Assembly: GCA_043228905.1 (NCBI GenBank)
Contig: JBHGNT010000007.1
Span: 11,470,001-11,534,000, forward strand
Reading direction: 5' to 3'
DNA length: 64,000 nucleotides
DNA from: Azolla caroliniana
Taxonomy: Eukaryota > Plantae > Polypodiophyta
Made by a program: the position numbers and the translations under genes. The notes under the pieces are model-generated. The model was not told where the DNA came from and made no database searches. It was given only the letters and a program-made list of their open reading frames with translations. Below are positions 1 to 13,775 of this stretch, in pieces; position 1 is the first letter of the stretch, and the number at the start of each line of letters is the position of its first letter.

Positions 1-199
1 GTTGATCATCATTAAGTGTTTGAATCAGAATCCCGAAGGCTTCGAGGTGAGCTATGGCCAAGGAAAAGAAGTCGTTTGCCAACTCCTCTCGGATGTTGAC
101 AATAATTTCTTCATCCATCACTCCGCATCTAGTTGCTTGTGGTCCCGGTGCAGTTTATCGAAGTCTTACATTTGACGCAACCCAAGGTCATCCGAGAAA

Positions 200-2398
200 T
201 GCCGCAACTTGTCAAGACCAAGAGGCTTGGTGAAAATGTCGGCAACTTGTCAACCCGTCGGAACATACGCTAGTTTGACGTCACCTGAAAGGACCCGCTT
301 GCGGACAAAATGATAATGCACCTCAATGTGCTTGGTCCGGGCGTGGAATATAGGGTTTTTTTCAAGGTGGATACTGCTAAAGTTGTCACAATAGATCATC
401 GTCGGATCGGACACCTCCACATGCAGATCCTGTAACAGTCTTTTTAGCCAAATGACTTCCCATGTAGCGACAGCCGCCCCTCGATATTCGGGCTCCATGC
501 TCGATAGTGCTACTGTCGGCTGCTTCTTACTGCTCCATGCGATCGCCGCACTTCCTAATGAGAAGGCGTATCCAGATGAGGATCTACAATCACTGACGTT
601 TCCGGCCCAATCAACATCCGTATAGCCAACCATATGTTCGGCTACGCTGCCGAATACAACAACACCATGTCTTTCGTGCCGCTGACATATCGCAATATCC
701 TTTGCGCGCACTGAAAGTGTTCAACCATAAGCTACAACATAAACTAATTGATCAGTCCGACCAGGCAGTTGAGGTCCAGCCTGGTGATCGTCAAATATAT
801 CAGGCTTTCGACAATCTGTCGAAACCGTGTCAGGTCACATGCCTTTCCCAAATCTCAGCGAAACTTTGCATTTCTATCCAGAGGGTTCGAGATGGGCTTA
901 CAGTTGGCCATCCCGAACTTGAAGAGCATATTCAGCGCGTAATGACGTTGGCTGATCAATATGCCTTCCGGGGCGCGGATCACTTCGATCCCAAAGAAGT
1001 AATGAAGGTCTCCAAGATCCTTCATTTCGAATGATGCCGCAAGCTGAGACTTTACACGACGGATTTCATCCAGGTCGGCACCGGCGATGACTAAATCATC
1101 AACATACAGTAGAAGGCTAACCAGTCCATATTGACCTTGCCGAACAAATAGTGAAGAGTCTGATCTCGACGTCATAAACCCCATAGTACGCAACTGTTGT
1201 GTAATCTTCGCGTTCCAAGCTCATGGGGCTTGCTTAAGTCTGTAGAGTGACTTCTTCAGTCGGCAAACTGCTGAAGTGTTTCGTTCGGATAGAAATCCGG
1301 GGGGTTGTACCATGTACACCTATTCCTCAAGATCACCTTGTAGGAACGCGTTCTTTACATCCATCTGATGTAAGTGACACCCCTTTGCCGCAACTACGGC
1401 TAGCAGAACACGCACGGTAGTCATCTTCGCGACATGCACGAAGGTCTCGTCGTAGTCCACGTCGTGCTTTTGCGCGTAGCCTTCCACAACTAAACGGCCC
1501 TTGTATCGATTGACTGAGTCATTGGTATTGTATTTCACTTTATACACCCACCTACATCCGATCGGCTTTACACCCTTTGGTGCGTCAACCAGGTCCCAAG
1601 TCTCATTATCAGTCAAAGCATGCATCTCTTCCTCCATCGCGGCACACCGGTTTGCGTCTTTCGCCACTTCTGCGTAGCTCTCTGGCTCACACTTCCACCA
1701 CTTGTGTCATGTACGCGTAATGGTGCGCCATGTACTCATTATACCCGTATCTCTTTACGGGATTCTTCAGGCAGGTAGATCAGCGTAATTCGTGATTACC
1801 CGATTTCACGACCTTTTTGGCTAATGTCAACCTCTTCCGTGGAGGTTCCTTTTCAGTTTGCCCGTAGTCAGACTCAACATTGTGGAAATCGTACTACGAC
1901 ATCTTTTTCTTCCCTTTCTCCTTGTGCATAAACCGTCTCCTCGGTTCTTTACGCGAGGACATCACGGCCGAGTCTTCACTACTCGCCATCTCTTCATTTG
2001 GTTGCCCATTTCGGTCCAACCCCTCATTCGGCCCACTCAGTCCAAATGAGATCAGACTCTCTCTCAGAGCTCCGATGTCCTCATCATGCGGAGGCATCTC
2101 AGCCTTGCTGACTTCTTCTTCAGAATTCGGAATGGAGTCATGAGGTACTGGAGGGGAAGTACCACGAAGCGGACTCATCGAACACGACATCTCAACTTAC
2201 GCGCACTTCTTTCGTTCGGGGGTGATAACACTTATACCCCTTCTGCTTGTCTGGATAGCTGATTAAGATGCAATTTTCAGTTTTGGCGTCCAGCTTCCTC
2301 CTGTTTTCCTTCGGCACATGCACATATGCAATGCTACCGAAAATCCTCAAGTGTGCCAAGTTCAGCTTCTTCCTGAAATACAATTCATGTGGCGACAC
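200..2398 (-). mobile_element. Degenerate Ty1/copia (Bryco-like family) fragment: integrase C-terminus, RT, RNase H
   Basis: Broken ORFs 2192-2443 (LRIFGSIAYVHVPK..RRKLD), 1320-1667 (WDLV..KPIGCRWVYKVK..HQMDVKNAFL), 855-1193 (LLYVDD), 250-711 ([26 protein letters not shown]); many stops and frameshifts; same family as 39611-50557. Confidence 0.92.
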
Positions 2399-2540
2399 TC
2401 CTCCATTAGAGGTCCGATTTATGTCACCACAATTGTAACCCAATACATATATATTATGTCACCACAAGGTTTTATGTCTTCGTATTTGTCAATTATGAGA
2501 CTTTCATCGTATAAGCTACAACCTAAATCAGACTTGATGT

Positions 2541-2613
2541 TTCCATTGCCGGGACTTGAACCCAGGCCGCTCGGGTGAAAGCCGAGTATCCTAACCAACT
2601 AGACTACAATGGA
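2541..2613 (-). tRNA. tRNA-Glu (anticodon TTC), copy 1
   Basis: Reverse complement TCCATTGTAGTCTAGTTGGTTAGGATACTCGGCTTTCACCCGAGCGGCCTGGGTTCAAGTCCCGGCAATGGAA; 73 nt cloverleaf, A and B boxes, one U-G pair in the T stem, plant cytosolic tRNA-Glu-like body. Confidence 0.9.
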
Positions 2614-3247
2614 GTTGACAAAGTTGAAGTATTTTGTCTAAAATAAAAGAAAATGTCAATTAACAATAAATTGCGGAAACGCAAGACGACACATGATATC
2701 CTAGTGTTCCCTTCGGGGTTCTTGGTTTATTAAAGGAGAACTTCAAGTATGTTTCCTTTTAAATGAAATGCTATTTTATCCCCTTGAATGAATTATCAAG
2801 AAATGTAGTTACTTTAATTAAACAATATACCTCATACCTTTCATACGAGTGATATAAGTTCAATTGGCAATTATGTTAAGCTTGATGTTATAGAAGACTA
2901 TTTTTTTAACAAATTCAAACACCCATCGATGATTGGGAAAAGAGTGAATCATTATAACCCACTATAACATACAAGAGTTAATGAGATATTTATGGTAAGA
3001 CCTAATATTGAATGCGCAAGTCACATGATACGCTTTAGGTTTTCAAAGAAGGATTATACTTTCAAATTCGATAGGTTTTCAAAGAAGGATTATACTTTCA
3101 AATTCGATACGTATGGATATTTGGAATTAGAGGCCACAATTGTAACCCAATACATATATATTATGTCATCACAAGGTTTTATGTCTTCGTATTTGTCAAT
3201 TATGAGACTTTCATCGTATAAGCTACAACCTGAACCAGACTTGATGT

Positions 3248-3320
3248 TTCCATTGCCGGGACTTGAACCCGGGCCGCTCGGGTGAAAGCCGAGTATCCTA
3301 ACCAACTAGACTACAATGGA
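3248..3320 (-). tRNA. tRNA-Glu (anticodon TTC), copy 2
   Basis: As copy 1 but with a perfect T stem CCGGG-TTCAAGT-CCCGG; CAA motif shortly upstream. Confidence 0.93.
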
Positions 3321-3888
3321 GTTCACAAAGTTGAAGTATTTTCTCTAAAATAAAAGAAAATGTTAATTAACAATAAATTGCGGAAATGCAAGATGACACA
3401 AGATATCCTATTGTTCCATTCGTGGTTCTTGGTTTTAAGTGAAATGTGATTTTATCCCCTTGAATGAATTATCGAAAAATGTTGTTACTTTAATTAAACA
3501 ATATACCTCGTACCATTCAAACGAGGGAAAACATGTTCAATTGGTAATTATGTTAAGCTTTACGTTATAGAAGACAAAATTTTTATCAAATGCAAACACC
3601 CATCGATGATTGGGAATAGAGTGAATCATTCTAACCCACTATAACATACAAGATTTAATAAGATATTTATGGTTAGACCTAATTTTGAATGTGCAAGTCA
3701 CATGATATGCTTTAGGTTATTAAACACGTATTATACTTTCAAATTCGGTACTTATGGATATTTGGAATTAGAGGACACAATTGTAACCCAATACATGTAT
3801 ATTATGTCACCACAACGGTTTATATCTTACTATTTGTCAATTATGAGACGTTTTTCGTATAAGCTGCAACCTGAGCCAGACTTGATAT

Positions 3889-3961
3889 TTTCATTGTCGG
3901 GACTTCAAACCGGGTCAGTTGGGTAAAAACCGAGTATTCTAACCAACTAGACTACAATGGA
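3889..3961 (-). pseudogene. Decayed tRNA-Glu copy 3
   Basis: Same position in the repeat unit; mismatches in the acceptor, anticodon and T arms (TTGAAGT loop), anticodon loop changed to TTTTTAC. Confidence 0.85.
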
Positions 3962-4059
3962 GTGGACAAAGTTGAAATATTTTTCTCTAAAATAAAAGAA
4001 AATGTCAATTAACCATAAATTGGGGAAACGCAAGATGACACATGTGGCGACACTCCTCC

Positions 4060-7000
4060 GTTCTACGGCGGCGTGTATCTACGGCAGCCACTAAAGCAAC
4101 GGAAGATCTATTTGCGGCTTGTCCGGATGTGACGGTGAAGATCAGGGATGTCGAGATCAACCAAAATTTCTTCGTACAAGACGAGGTCTCACATTCCGTG
4201 ATCCTTGGGCAACCCTTTATCACGGTTTCACGGATGGAGACAAAGGTGCTCGATAGCAGTGCGGCTTTCGCACAAATTCGGAGCCAAAGCGGAGGGAAAT
4301 CAGTCCAATTCCTAACTGTGCCGACAAATCATGAAAGGAACAAGAGAGAGCTCTCGTCCCAAACAAGGATGTATTTTTAGAGCAGATTGTTGCAGAGTGG
4401 GGAAGTGATAGTCCGAGAAGCCCTGATACCCCACACAGAAAGAAAACTCTCGGGGCATCTACGTACACAGCCGTAACCAGAGGAAAGAAGAAAGAATACC
4501 AAAAAGTAGAGGATAAGTTGTGGTCAGCATCAATAATAAAAGAAGACGAAGAAATCGTGGGGGTAGTTGAAGAAGTGTTCTATGGGAGCACGCTACAACG
4601 GCTTGAAGAGCTTGTGGAGGATAAAAGCCAAGGAGACCGGGTAGTCCCGGTGGAATCAGTCTAGATGTACAAGATCATTGTGAAAATGGGGCCAAATGCG
4701 CTGCGCAAAGAAGAAGCAATGGTAAGTACGAAATACAAGACCATGGAGAAGAAAGTAAAACCGCCCGCGGGACCATTAACCGCCGATAGCGAGCAAAAGA
4801 GGAAAGAATTCTCGAGAGATTTGACACTTCGGAAGTCCGTGGATATCGGACATGCCTTCACGGATGAGACTCGGAAGAAACTTCGGATCGGTGGAGGTGG
4901 TTTCCTTTTACAAAATGAAAAAGAACGATTCCATGGGATGTTGGAACAACATGGGAAAGCATTTGCATTCCTATCGAAGGAGATAGGGTGCGTTGATCCG
5001 AAGATGGTGGAGCTGATGGTGATCTTCACGATTGACCATGTGTCGTGGAACCTGAAGCCGATTCTGGTGCTGTGGGCTCATATTCCCAAAATCATCGACT
5101 TGCTGAAGGAGAAGGTGGTGATGGGGATTCTAGAGCCATCAAACGCTCCGTACTTAAATCAATGGTTTACAATTCCGAAGAAGAATGGGTCACTCCGATT
5201 TATCCAAGACTTGCAACCGGTGAACAAGGTCACGATCCGGAACTCCGGAGTCGGTCCGATAGTGGACGAATTTGCGGAAGCATTTGCCAGCCGTGCGATA
5301 TACTCCATCGGAGACCTATACTCGGGGTATGACCAATTCCAACTAGCCGTGGAGAGCCGAGACATCACTACCATGCGGACACCGATAGGATTAGTCCGAA
5401 TGTGCACACTACCACAAGGAGCGACAAACTCGGTGGCACATATGATGAACGCGATGAACAAGGTGCTTCGAGATTGCATTCTGAAGATAACGATGCCGTT
5501 CCTAGATGACATTCCGATGAAAGGATGTGCGGTAGAACAAAAAGATGAAACTATGGATGATCGGGGATGCCGAAAGTTCGTAGTGGACCATATTCGTGAT
5601 TGCGAGAAAGTGCTTCGAAAGTTAGAAGATGTGCACCTAACACTTTCCAGGGAGAAATCGGCATTCGGGCAAGAAGACATTGGTAGTCAGACATCTACGT
5701 GGGCCCTACGGCCGAAGACTATCACCAACCAAGATCGATGCGATTCAAGCTATGAAAGAAGTATGCGAGTCACAATCCGAAGTCCGAAGGTTTCTTGGAG
5801 CTTGTGCATTTTATCACATATGGATTCCGCACTATGCACATATTGCGGACCCACTCTATCACTTATTGCGGAAGGGGAAGAAGTTCGAATGGAAATTGGA
5901 ACACACCAAAGCCATGAAGAAGCTCAAGAAAACACTATGGAGGGCTGAAGCACTTAAGAAGCCAAGCTATGAGCGGAGTTCACGGAAAGCTTTAGAACTG
6001 TCAAATCTACTCCGGAGTTTGACACCGAGATGAGTTACATCCGACATTCTCACCGACAATCAACTTCAAATGGATGGTCGACATTGTAGCCATGCCAACC
6101 GGTATCAGACAAAAGCAGTAATTGGTGTTAGCTCGGGAAGATCTCACAAACCAAGTAGAAGGTCGGGCGCTACGAAGGAAAACGTGTTCTGCGGTATGCT
6201 AATTTCTTTTGGAGGAGGTGTTTTGCAGGTACGGGTGCGTAGGACAAGTGACTACGGATCGGGGAGAACTCGACTCCGATAAAGGCAGGGAATTCTTCAC
6301 CAAACATGGAGTTCGGTTAACACTAACAACAGCATACAATCTGGAGGCCAACGGGAAAATTGAAGAGGACATAGTCTGATCGTCAAAGCACTTGCCAAAG
6401 CATGCGACAGAAGGGTGAAGGATTGGCCGCAGATGCTCCCGTATGCACTATGGGCATATCGGATGACGCATAGCTCCGTGACCGGTTTTATGCTGGCCGA
6501 ACTCATGACCGAACAAGCACCAGTAATGCCGATGGAAACCGCAAATGCGACATGGACAGTGTTGTCGTGGAATGAGGAGATGAGACGGGAAGAACTACTA
6601 GCGGTCCAGATACGACAACTAGAGGGAAGACCAGAAGACATAGCGGAAGCAACACGCTGACAACAGGAAGCGCGATTCCGGAACAAAAGCCGATTCGACA
6701 CAAAGCATCAACTACGTCCGCGGAAGATTGAAGAAGGAGATTGGGTGATTGTCTATGACAGTAGTATGGATAATCAACATACAACGATACGGAAGTTCGC
6801 AAAAAGGTGGTTCAGGCCATACGAGGTTCGAAAAGTTTTCGACAACGGAACTTACCGACTATGCGAGTTGGATGGAACAGTACTACGGGTGCCTATAGTG
6901 GGGAAATAGGTGAAGATTTTCAAGAAGCGGACTGACGAAAAACCCTATGTAACCCTAGACAAGACTGACATAAAGGAGCAATCGGACAAAGCTCGTGGTG

Positions 7001-7400
7001 ATGCAGAAAGCGAAGAAAGTGATCTACAATTGATAGTTGATATAAGGGAGGAATTGGGTAGTGCTACGGATGAGGACGAACAATAGGCATCGGGAACTTC
7101 AGCACATACCGGAGGATGTGCAGGTTTGGACGGTGTGAGTGTCGTAGTGTAATTCGCACACTACGTGAAAATTGTATTTTTGTCCCTCCGGATGGGACAA
7201 GGAGGAACCGGCAAGGAGGACCCAGTAAGGAGAATCAAATGAAGGAGAGACCGGCAAGGAGGACCCGGTAAGAACCGGATCAAGCAGAACCGGCAAGAGC
7301 CGGATAAAGAAGGCCGGTGAGAGTCTCTCAACGGATGAAGAGGCAAATTTGTAAATAGAAAAAAGATTCTTAAGTGCATAAGGTAAAATTTGAACCCTGT
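4060..7400 (+). mobile_element. Truncated Ty3/gypsy pol (protease end, RT, integrase; RNase H apparently deleted) with probable start of the 3' LTR at 7140 (TGTCGT); Phygy-like
   Basis: VILGQPF (4042-4380), RT 4665-5948 (DLYSGYDQF, LPQGATNS, PFLDDIP), integrase 6415-6660 (WPQMLPYALWAYR), GPY-like module near 6810-6920; right boundary approximate. Confidence 0.85.
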
Positions 7401-9201
7401 ACCTCCACGTAGACAAACCCCAACCTTACCATTGTACTAACTTATCCTAAGTATTTTAATTATAGATTTAATACATATAAGACCTTTATTTACGCCTACC
7501 TTTATTAAAAGGTAAGACATGCATCTTTAGAATGCGTGAATACTTTATTTATAAGAAAAATGTACACCAATAAAAAATTACTCATGCACATCTAGCGAGC
7601 ATGAGCACTATATTTAGGAAATAAAAGCATAGTGTAAAAAGCAACTCATGCACATTTAGTGTGCATGAACACTTTAGAAAAGGGATGAAGTTATGCTTAG
7701 CCTCTTCCATCCTTATATAAGGAGGAGAGAAAGATGTGTGGTGTTGTTGGTTATTTTTACAAGGATTGATCAATCTAATATATTCGTTGGATTCACGAGT
7801 TTATCATCAAAATTCGCTTTCTTACAATATAAATATTGATTAAATACACTAAAAACGTGGGATTCATAAGTTTTTATTTCTTACTTCTCTTTCTACCTAT
7901 TCATAACTAGCCTTATATTGTATTCTTCTTTCTCCTAGTCCAAAACCTCAATGGTTCCCACCCGACTCACGCAACGATCCGGAGCCAAAAGGCACGGCAC
8001 AAGTGGTGAACTCGACGTGAAACCGGGTGGCAAGGAGATGGAAAATAAACCGGGGGCTAACAACATGATGGCGTTGTTTGAGCGGATGCTACAAGACCAA
8101 CGCGCGATGTTAGAGATTGCGGCGGCAGTAGAGGTAGGGATAGTTTGGTAAATTTGGAACTTCCAGGGGCATTCTGGTAAACAGACGAACTTCCAGGGGT
8201 ATCTTGGTACTTTTTCCTATTTTAAAATCTTTGACTATGTTTTCAAATTTTGGAGTTTTGTTACAGAATGGTGTATCAAGTTTCTATCCTAAGCATTCTA
8301 TGTTGATGCTTACATAAAGAGAACTCCAAATGCATTTTCAAATTTGAGAATTTTGAATGTTGTAATCCCATTTTCTTTCCTACATTGATGTCCTTGCTCT
8401 CAAAACATTCCCGTTCCAAGTAGCTATAATTCCTGCCATTTATATTTATATCTTCAAGTTCGACATTTAGAAGTTGGCTTGTTTTATTGAAGTTGCCTTT
8501 AAAATCCATGTGTCTGTGGAAGCAATATTGTGATTGCACCACACATCATGCATACTTCAAGGGGATAAATACAATAGAGCATCTTTATGATGGTTATGCT
8601 TCATTGACTAAACTCTTGATTGAAAAATAGCACATTGTAGAATGTTGCATAAGGCTAATCTATATATGATTTCCATTATTTTGAATCAATGTTGGCGAAT
8701 TTACAAAAACATTCAATATGTTTGCATTAGAAGATCCACATCTTGTTAAATTTTAATTAACATTTAGATATTTGGCAAATTTGGGAAGAAATTGGTTGTC
8801 ATAGTGCAAAATCACTCAACCTCATCAATGATCCAAAATATCTACAATAGTCTAACCATTCAAGCCTCGATGAAGAACTGAATTTGGAACTCATTCATAT
8901 CACATTGTTTTAATTGGATGCATCCATGCCCCACTTGAGAAAAAACAAATAAACTTCCAAACCTACATCCATAGTCTATTTTGTTGTGTATCGTTCTCAA
9001 TTCAATGCTTATTTGATAATGGTGTCCAATGCCTTTTCCACCATAATTTGCTTTGGGGGCAATTCCACTCATTGAACTAAAAAAAATATTGATATGCCAA
9101 TATTCTAAAGCCATCTTTTAGGAGCAAACACCAATTTTGAAAAAGACCTCTTTGTGTGCATGATGTCAATCTTAAATTCTGAAGATTTAGTATGAAAAAC
9201 A

Positions 9202-10850
9202 TTTTCTTTTATTTTTTTTATAAAAGATTTTCTTCAATAGTATTAAGAACAAAACGCCTGAAGGCTACAACTTGAACCTAGCTACCAAGAAAGTTACCAC
9301 TTTCTTTGTACACTGATATAAAATACGAGGATGTTTACATTTGTTGATCTTCAAAGAGTTCATGGAAGTCGATATTGCCATTGAGGCTCTTGAGCTACCA
9401 TTGTAAACAGGGGCACCTTTTTCCATAAGTGAAGAAGCTTTTTCCTTTTCTTGATCATAGTATCTGGGGAACCTTGCATATTGTCATACTGACCACGGAC
9501 TACAACCAGCAAGTTCTCCCATAAATCAAACAACACATCTGAGACATGAATGTCTACCCCATCATAAAGTCGTTTACATCGATATTTCCATAATAGCCAT
9601 AATGTTATTGTGGACATAGTTTTCCAATTTTGGACGGATCGCACCTGCTTTCGAGGTTTCTGGAAAGGACTAACTAATATCAATCTTCCATTATGTATTG
9701 TCATTGCCTCATGAACATCGTTTGCCTCATACAACATTAAACCGGAGTGTAATACTCCCCACATCGTTGATCCCCATAAGAATAAGCAACCTACATTTAT
9801 TGTTAGGAATAAAGACTTTCTTCCATACTTGTTGAGCAAAAGAACAAGACCATAAGACATGCTTGGTAGTCTCTTGAGGTTCATGGCAAATGGCACATTG
9901 CCGCAAATTGGGTGTCACATTCCCTTTCAATGCATGACCAACTGGTAGAGCCATATGCACTAATAACCATCGAAAGAGAATAAATTTAGTTGGCCCCTTG
10001 AATGACCATATCCATTTCCAATAGGTTCTCAAATGCAAAGTGGAAACACCCCAATTGGTCCAATGTTTCTGAGCCGCTGGTATCTTTCCATTATGAGAGA
10101 GCAATAATGATCTTCCAAATTTTACCGAGTACTGAAAAAAGGGAACCTTTACGATCTTTTCCCCCAAGGAGTGTGACCAAAGCCAACCCCCTGGATCCCA
10201 TGTTAATCTTGCAACAGGATCTTTTGAATATAACCACATGATATCACACATATGAGTAATTGATGGATAAGGATCAAGGATCCATTTCTTTCCGGTTTTA
10301 GCAACCACTCTAACTGGTGCACTTCGTAAGTCCTATAGATAATTGCAATCAAAGGTATAAGATTGCAATCGATTGTTGTCTAGGACCTGAAAATAAGACA
10401 CATGCCCATTAGGTGAAACACCCTTAACAGCCATCAATCTATCATTTGCAAAGCATCCAAACCATAGATGTTCCTGGCTCGGTTGGAAGGTTGTTAAAAT
10501 GAAGAATATGTTACTGATAAGGTAACTGTCATTATCTTGGCACCATGAACTGATTGTAGATGTACAAGTCGATCTTCTTGTGACATTTGTTGAAACTGAG
10601 TCCACGTTCTTACAGATGCAGCTGGCCCATTATCTAATTTACCCCAAGCAAGGTGAGGACGTAGGCCCAATACTTTTCCTGCATTATCCCGAAATAGAGA
10701 ATTGGCAAGCATAGGTTGATTAAGTAATGCATCTCAGGTAGACGGTTTGTCCTTTAGCAAAAATGATTTAATTGCATCCCACACTCTTATGATTCCTAGC
10801 AAAAATCTATTGGATGCAAGATTTCTCCTTGGTGTTTTCATGTCATTCAA
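9202..10850 (-). mobile_element. 5'-truncated LINE ORF2 C-terminus (zf-RVT region) with A-rich tail
   Basis: ORF 9727-10308 WKWIW..PTKFILFRWLLVHMALPVG..CAICHEPQETTKHVLWSCSFAQQVW, continued by frameshift in 9360-9896 (LWLLWKYRCKRLYD); T-rich run at 9202-9219 on +; 5' boundary approximate. Confidence 0.8.
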
Positions 10851-11936
10851 GAACAACCACTTTAAAGATATTGATGATCATGTCATTCAAGTATGAAAAA
10901 CATATTGATGATCATGCTAGTTAAAACTTGAGCCCATGGCCTTAATTTTGCAAAACATAAGCTTACAGTTTATTTAAGTATCTCAAAATATTATATTGTG
11001 AAGTTATAAGGGCTCGTTTTTGGGGATGTCTACGTCTTTTATAATGTGTAAAAGCAATAATTACGTCTTACTTTTCTAGTATATATTAAAGGTTTTTTTG
11101 TTTTTTTCTTAAATAAAGGTTTTGTTTTGAGATATACCATGTTTATTTATGCCCGCAACATCATCATCGTATGTGGAGCCATTATTGTTACGGACCATGT
11201 GCAACAAAGATTTTCCCCTTTTCACGAAAGTGAGTGATATTACTATAATTTCTACTATATACATATAAATACATAACTTGCATGCCTAGACACGCTCCTT
11301 CAAAGAGTGTTTTGTAGTCAAGTGAACATTCCAAAACCACATATCCTTGAGACTAGTTAGAATTTTATATAGAAAAGGTAAATTGATGACATCTAATGAT
11401 ATATCCGAAGATGGGGAGAGCCTTGGGATAAAAAAGTTCACTTCTATTAAAAAATTTTGATGTGCAAATAAATTATTTTTCACTTATTTGTGGATTTATG
11501 CGTGATCCAATTAGGCTCTCCTATTGTTTAATGATGGCCAACTCCAAAAGATCAAGGAAGGACATCACAATATATTAGTGGTTGTTCAATAGAATAAAGG
11601 TTTGTAAAGAGACAAACCCTTGAAACTTACACTGAAAACTAGAATGTTATTAAAGTCTATTTCAAGAAATTGAAGGAGCAATATTCTCTTATTGTGCTCA
11701 TCGGATGCATGTTGTTATAATCCAGATCGTCCAAGGGAAGATTGCCCATCCTCCTCTATTCGTCCCTCTTGATGCGGTGATTATTAGCTTGCTTTTTGTT
11801 GATTCCTTTGTACATGTTGGTCTCTTTGTAGCCATGCAAGTTGGCCTGTAAGATGTGAGTTGTTGTATATTATCCAATGTACATTGACTTAACTAACGGA
11901 AGTAGTAAAGTTTTTAGCAAAAAAAAAAATTCTCTT

Positions 11937-12112
11937 CTTGTCCACTTTATTGTTATTGGTAGTTAGATAGTTAATGTCATTGCATGAAAGTTCTAATATA
12001 CATGAATAACTTTCTAATGATTCAAGAGTAGTATTGTCGTCTTGTCTGCTTTATTGTTATTGGTAGTTAGATAGGCAATGTCATTGCATGAAAGTTCTGA
12101 ATAGATGAATAA
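11937..12112. repeat. Imperfect ~72-bp direct repeat, 104-bp spacing
   Basis: ctttattgttattggtagttagatag..aatgtcattgcatgaaagttct occurs twice. Confidence 0.85.
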
Positions 12113-13144
12113 CCTTCATGAGAAATAAGGACACCACGCGATAGACAACATTTTTAATATGTCGTGGATATTGTCACCTTCTCTAATGAAAAAAGATCAT
12201 TCTTGTTTGCTTTTTGTAAGGTAGGAAGTATCTTTTGCATTCTCTTTATATTCGAGAGCATCATCTCCCCTAAACTAGAGAGTTCATAAAATAATTTCCT
12301 AAACTTGAGCATTCATAGAATGATTGTATTCTTTACTCCAATCAAATGATCTAGCGTGAGGAACATGTCACATTGTGATGTAAACAATCCATAACCATCT
12401 CACAATGAAGATTAATCGATGCAATGCCTCTCGACAACTTCTCCAAACTAAAGAACACACTTCAAGCACATATACATGTTCCTCTCTACTTAAACAAGAG
12501 CTTAAGTAATACTTGCATGATCTTTTTTGAAAAAAAGCCCCCTGCATGATCAACATGTAGCCATGCCCTTTGCATCATATCTAACTCACAAGGCTCTACT
12601 ATAGCCAGTTGTAATCAATTATCATCTCAAGAAGGCTAAAATATCGTCAACGACCATCATTATATCTCTCGGCATCCTAGAACTTTTTAGTTATTCTCTA
12701 GTCAAAGGATGATCCAAAGGTTGTCAAGACTCAAGACACAACAACATTATTGGAAAGTTGGTTTATTGGTCCTTGATCACATAATATGCCACATAAAAAT
12801 GCACACCAAAACAAGACAATGTGCAAATTGCAATATGTATGGTTTGTGGACTCATCATTTAAGTGTTTTACTACTTTTTTATTGTGGGATGAGTCATCGT
12901 CTAATGATACTAAAAGACAAGTAGCCATGAAAGAGCATTATATATGTGTGTAATTGATTTGCAACAGACTTTGAGAAACATTGGGGAAGGAAGCATTCAT
13001 TAAAATTGGAACAACTTAATCCCCTTGGGCCTGCCTGATGCATTAAAATTCTTCAAGGGTTTACATTACATGTATGTATTAACATTAGTGAAGACTCAAG
13101 AGACATATAATATAAGAATATAAGTGTAGTAGGTAGGAGGCATC

Positions 13145-13435
13145 ATGAATGGGAGCAGGGTTATGAAGACAAAGAAGGTTATGGTAAGGAGTGGGATATC
13201 ATCATCATCATCACTGTTATCCTGTACGCAACTCCTCCTCTCCTTCGTCTGGCTGGTGGTGGCGGTGGCGGCTCACCACGTGGCAAGTGTTGGCTTGTCC
13301 ACGACTTTCTATGAGGGTTCGTGCCATGCTGACGTGGCAGCTATCGTTACACGGAGCATGCAAGAGTCAAGTCAAAGATCCAACGTGGTGCCCCCCGCCG
13401 TCCTCCGCCTCTTCTTCCACGACGCCATGGTCCAC
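13145..13435 (+). CDS. Class III secretory peroxidase, exon 1 (signal peptide, distal Arg/His)
   Basis: Hydrophobic leader, LSTTFYEGSC, VLRLFFHDAMVH then GT donor at 13436 at the canonical phase-0 intron 1 position; start ATG could be 13145 or a nearby downstream ATG. Confidence 0.9.
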
Positions 13436-13737
13436 GTACGTACATTACTACGTTTACCTTCCTTCAATATACGTACCAGAACCACAAATACTTAATATAC
13501 ATATTATAATTATGTTCATCAATCACAACATCCAGCTAAGCTTAAGACTTCCCTTCAAATTTTGCTTTTAATCCTGTGTCTAATAAGTACATACATAAAG
13601 TAAATCATTCTCCATAATCGTTCGTTCATGACGAGATTCAATAACTGCCAAAAACATATGTAATTCTGTTCTTCTTAAACCAACCAAACAACCGTGGTTC
13701 ATGGATTCCTTCCTAAATTGCTGAACTTCATTGTTGT

Positions 13738-13739
<2 letters not shown>

Positions 13740-13770
<31 letters not shown>
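13740..13770. repeat. (TA)n microsatellite abutting the intron 1 acceptor
   Basis: About 15 TA units directly before tgcag|GGT. Confidence 0.95.
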
Positions 13771-13772
<2 letters not shown>

Positions 13773-13775
13773 CAG

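Larger units (their letters stand above)
2405..4044. repeat. Tandem array of about 2.4 units (spacing 707 and 641 bp), each carrying a tRNA-Glu gene
   Basis: Flanks such as cacaattgtaacccaatacat and aaagttgaa(g/a)tatt recur with each tRNA; a 36-bp internal duplication (3036-3107) plus a ~30-bp indel account for the 707 vs 641 spacing. Confidence 0.93.

Noticed and set aside
3130-3247. C/D snoRNA downstream of the tRNA
   Set aside because: The GTGATGA box occurs only in copy 2 and I found no matching D box
3889-3961. tRNA-Lys(TTT) by anticodon shift
   Set aside because: Several stem and T-loop mutations accompany the change; better explained as pseudogene decay
7400-9190. Possible LTR plus gag start (7951-8151) and transposase remnants (8276-9114)
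   Set aside because: No recognisable motif, PBS or terminal structure; left unannotated
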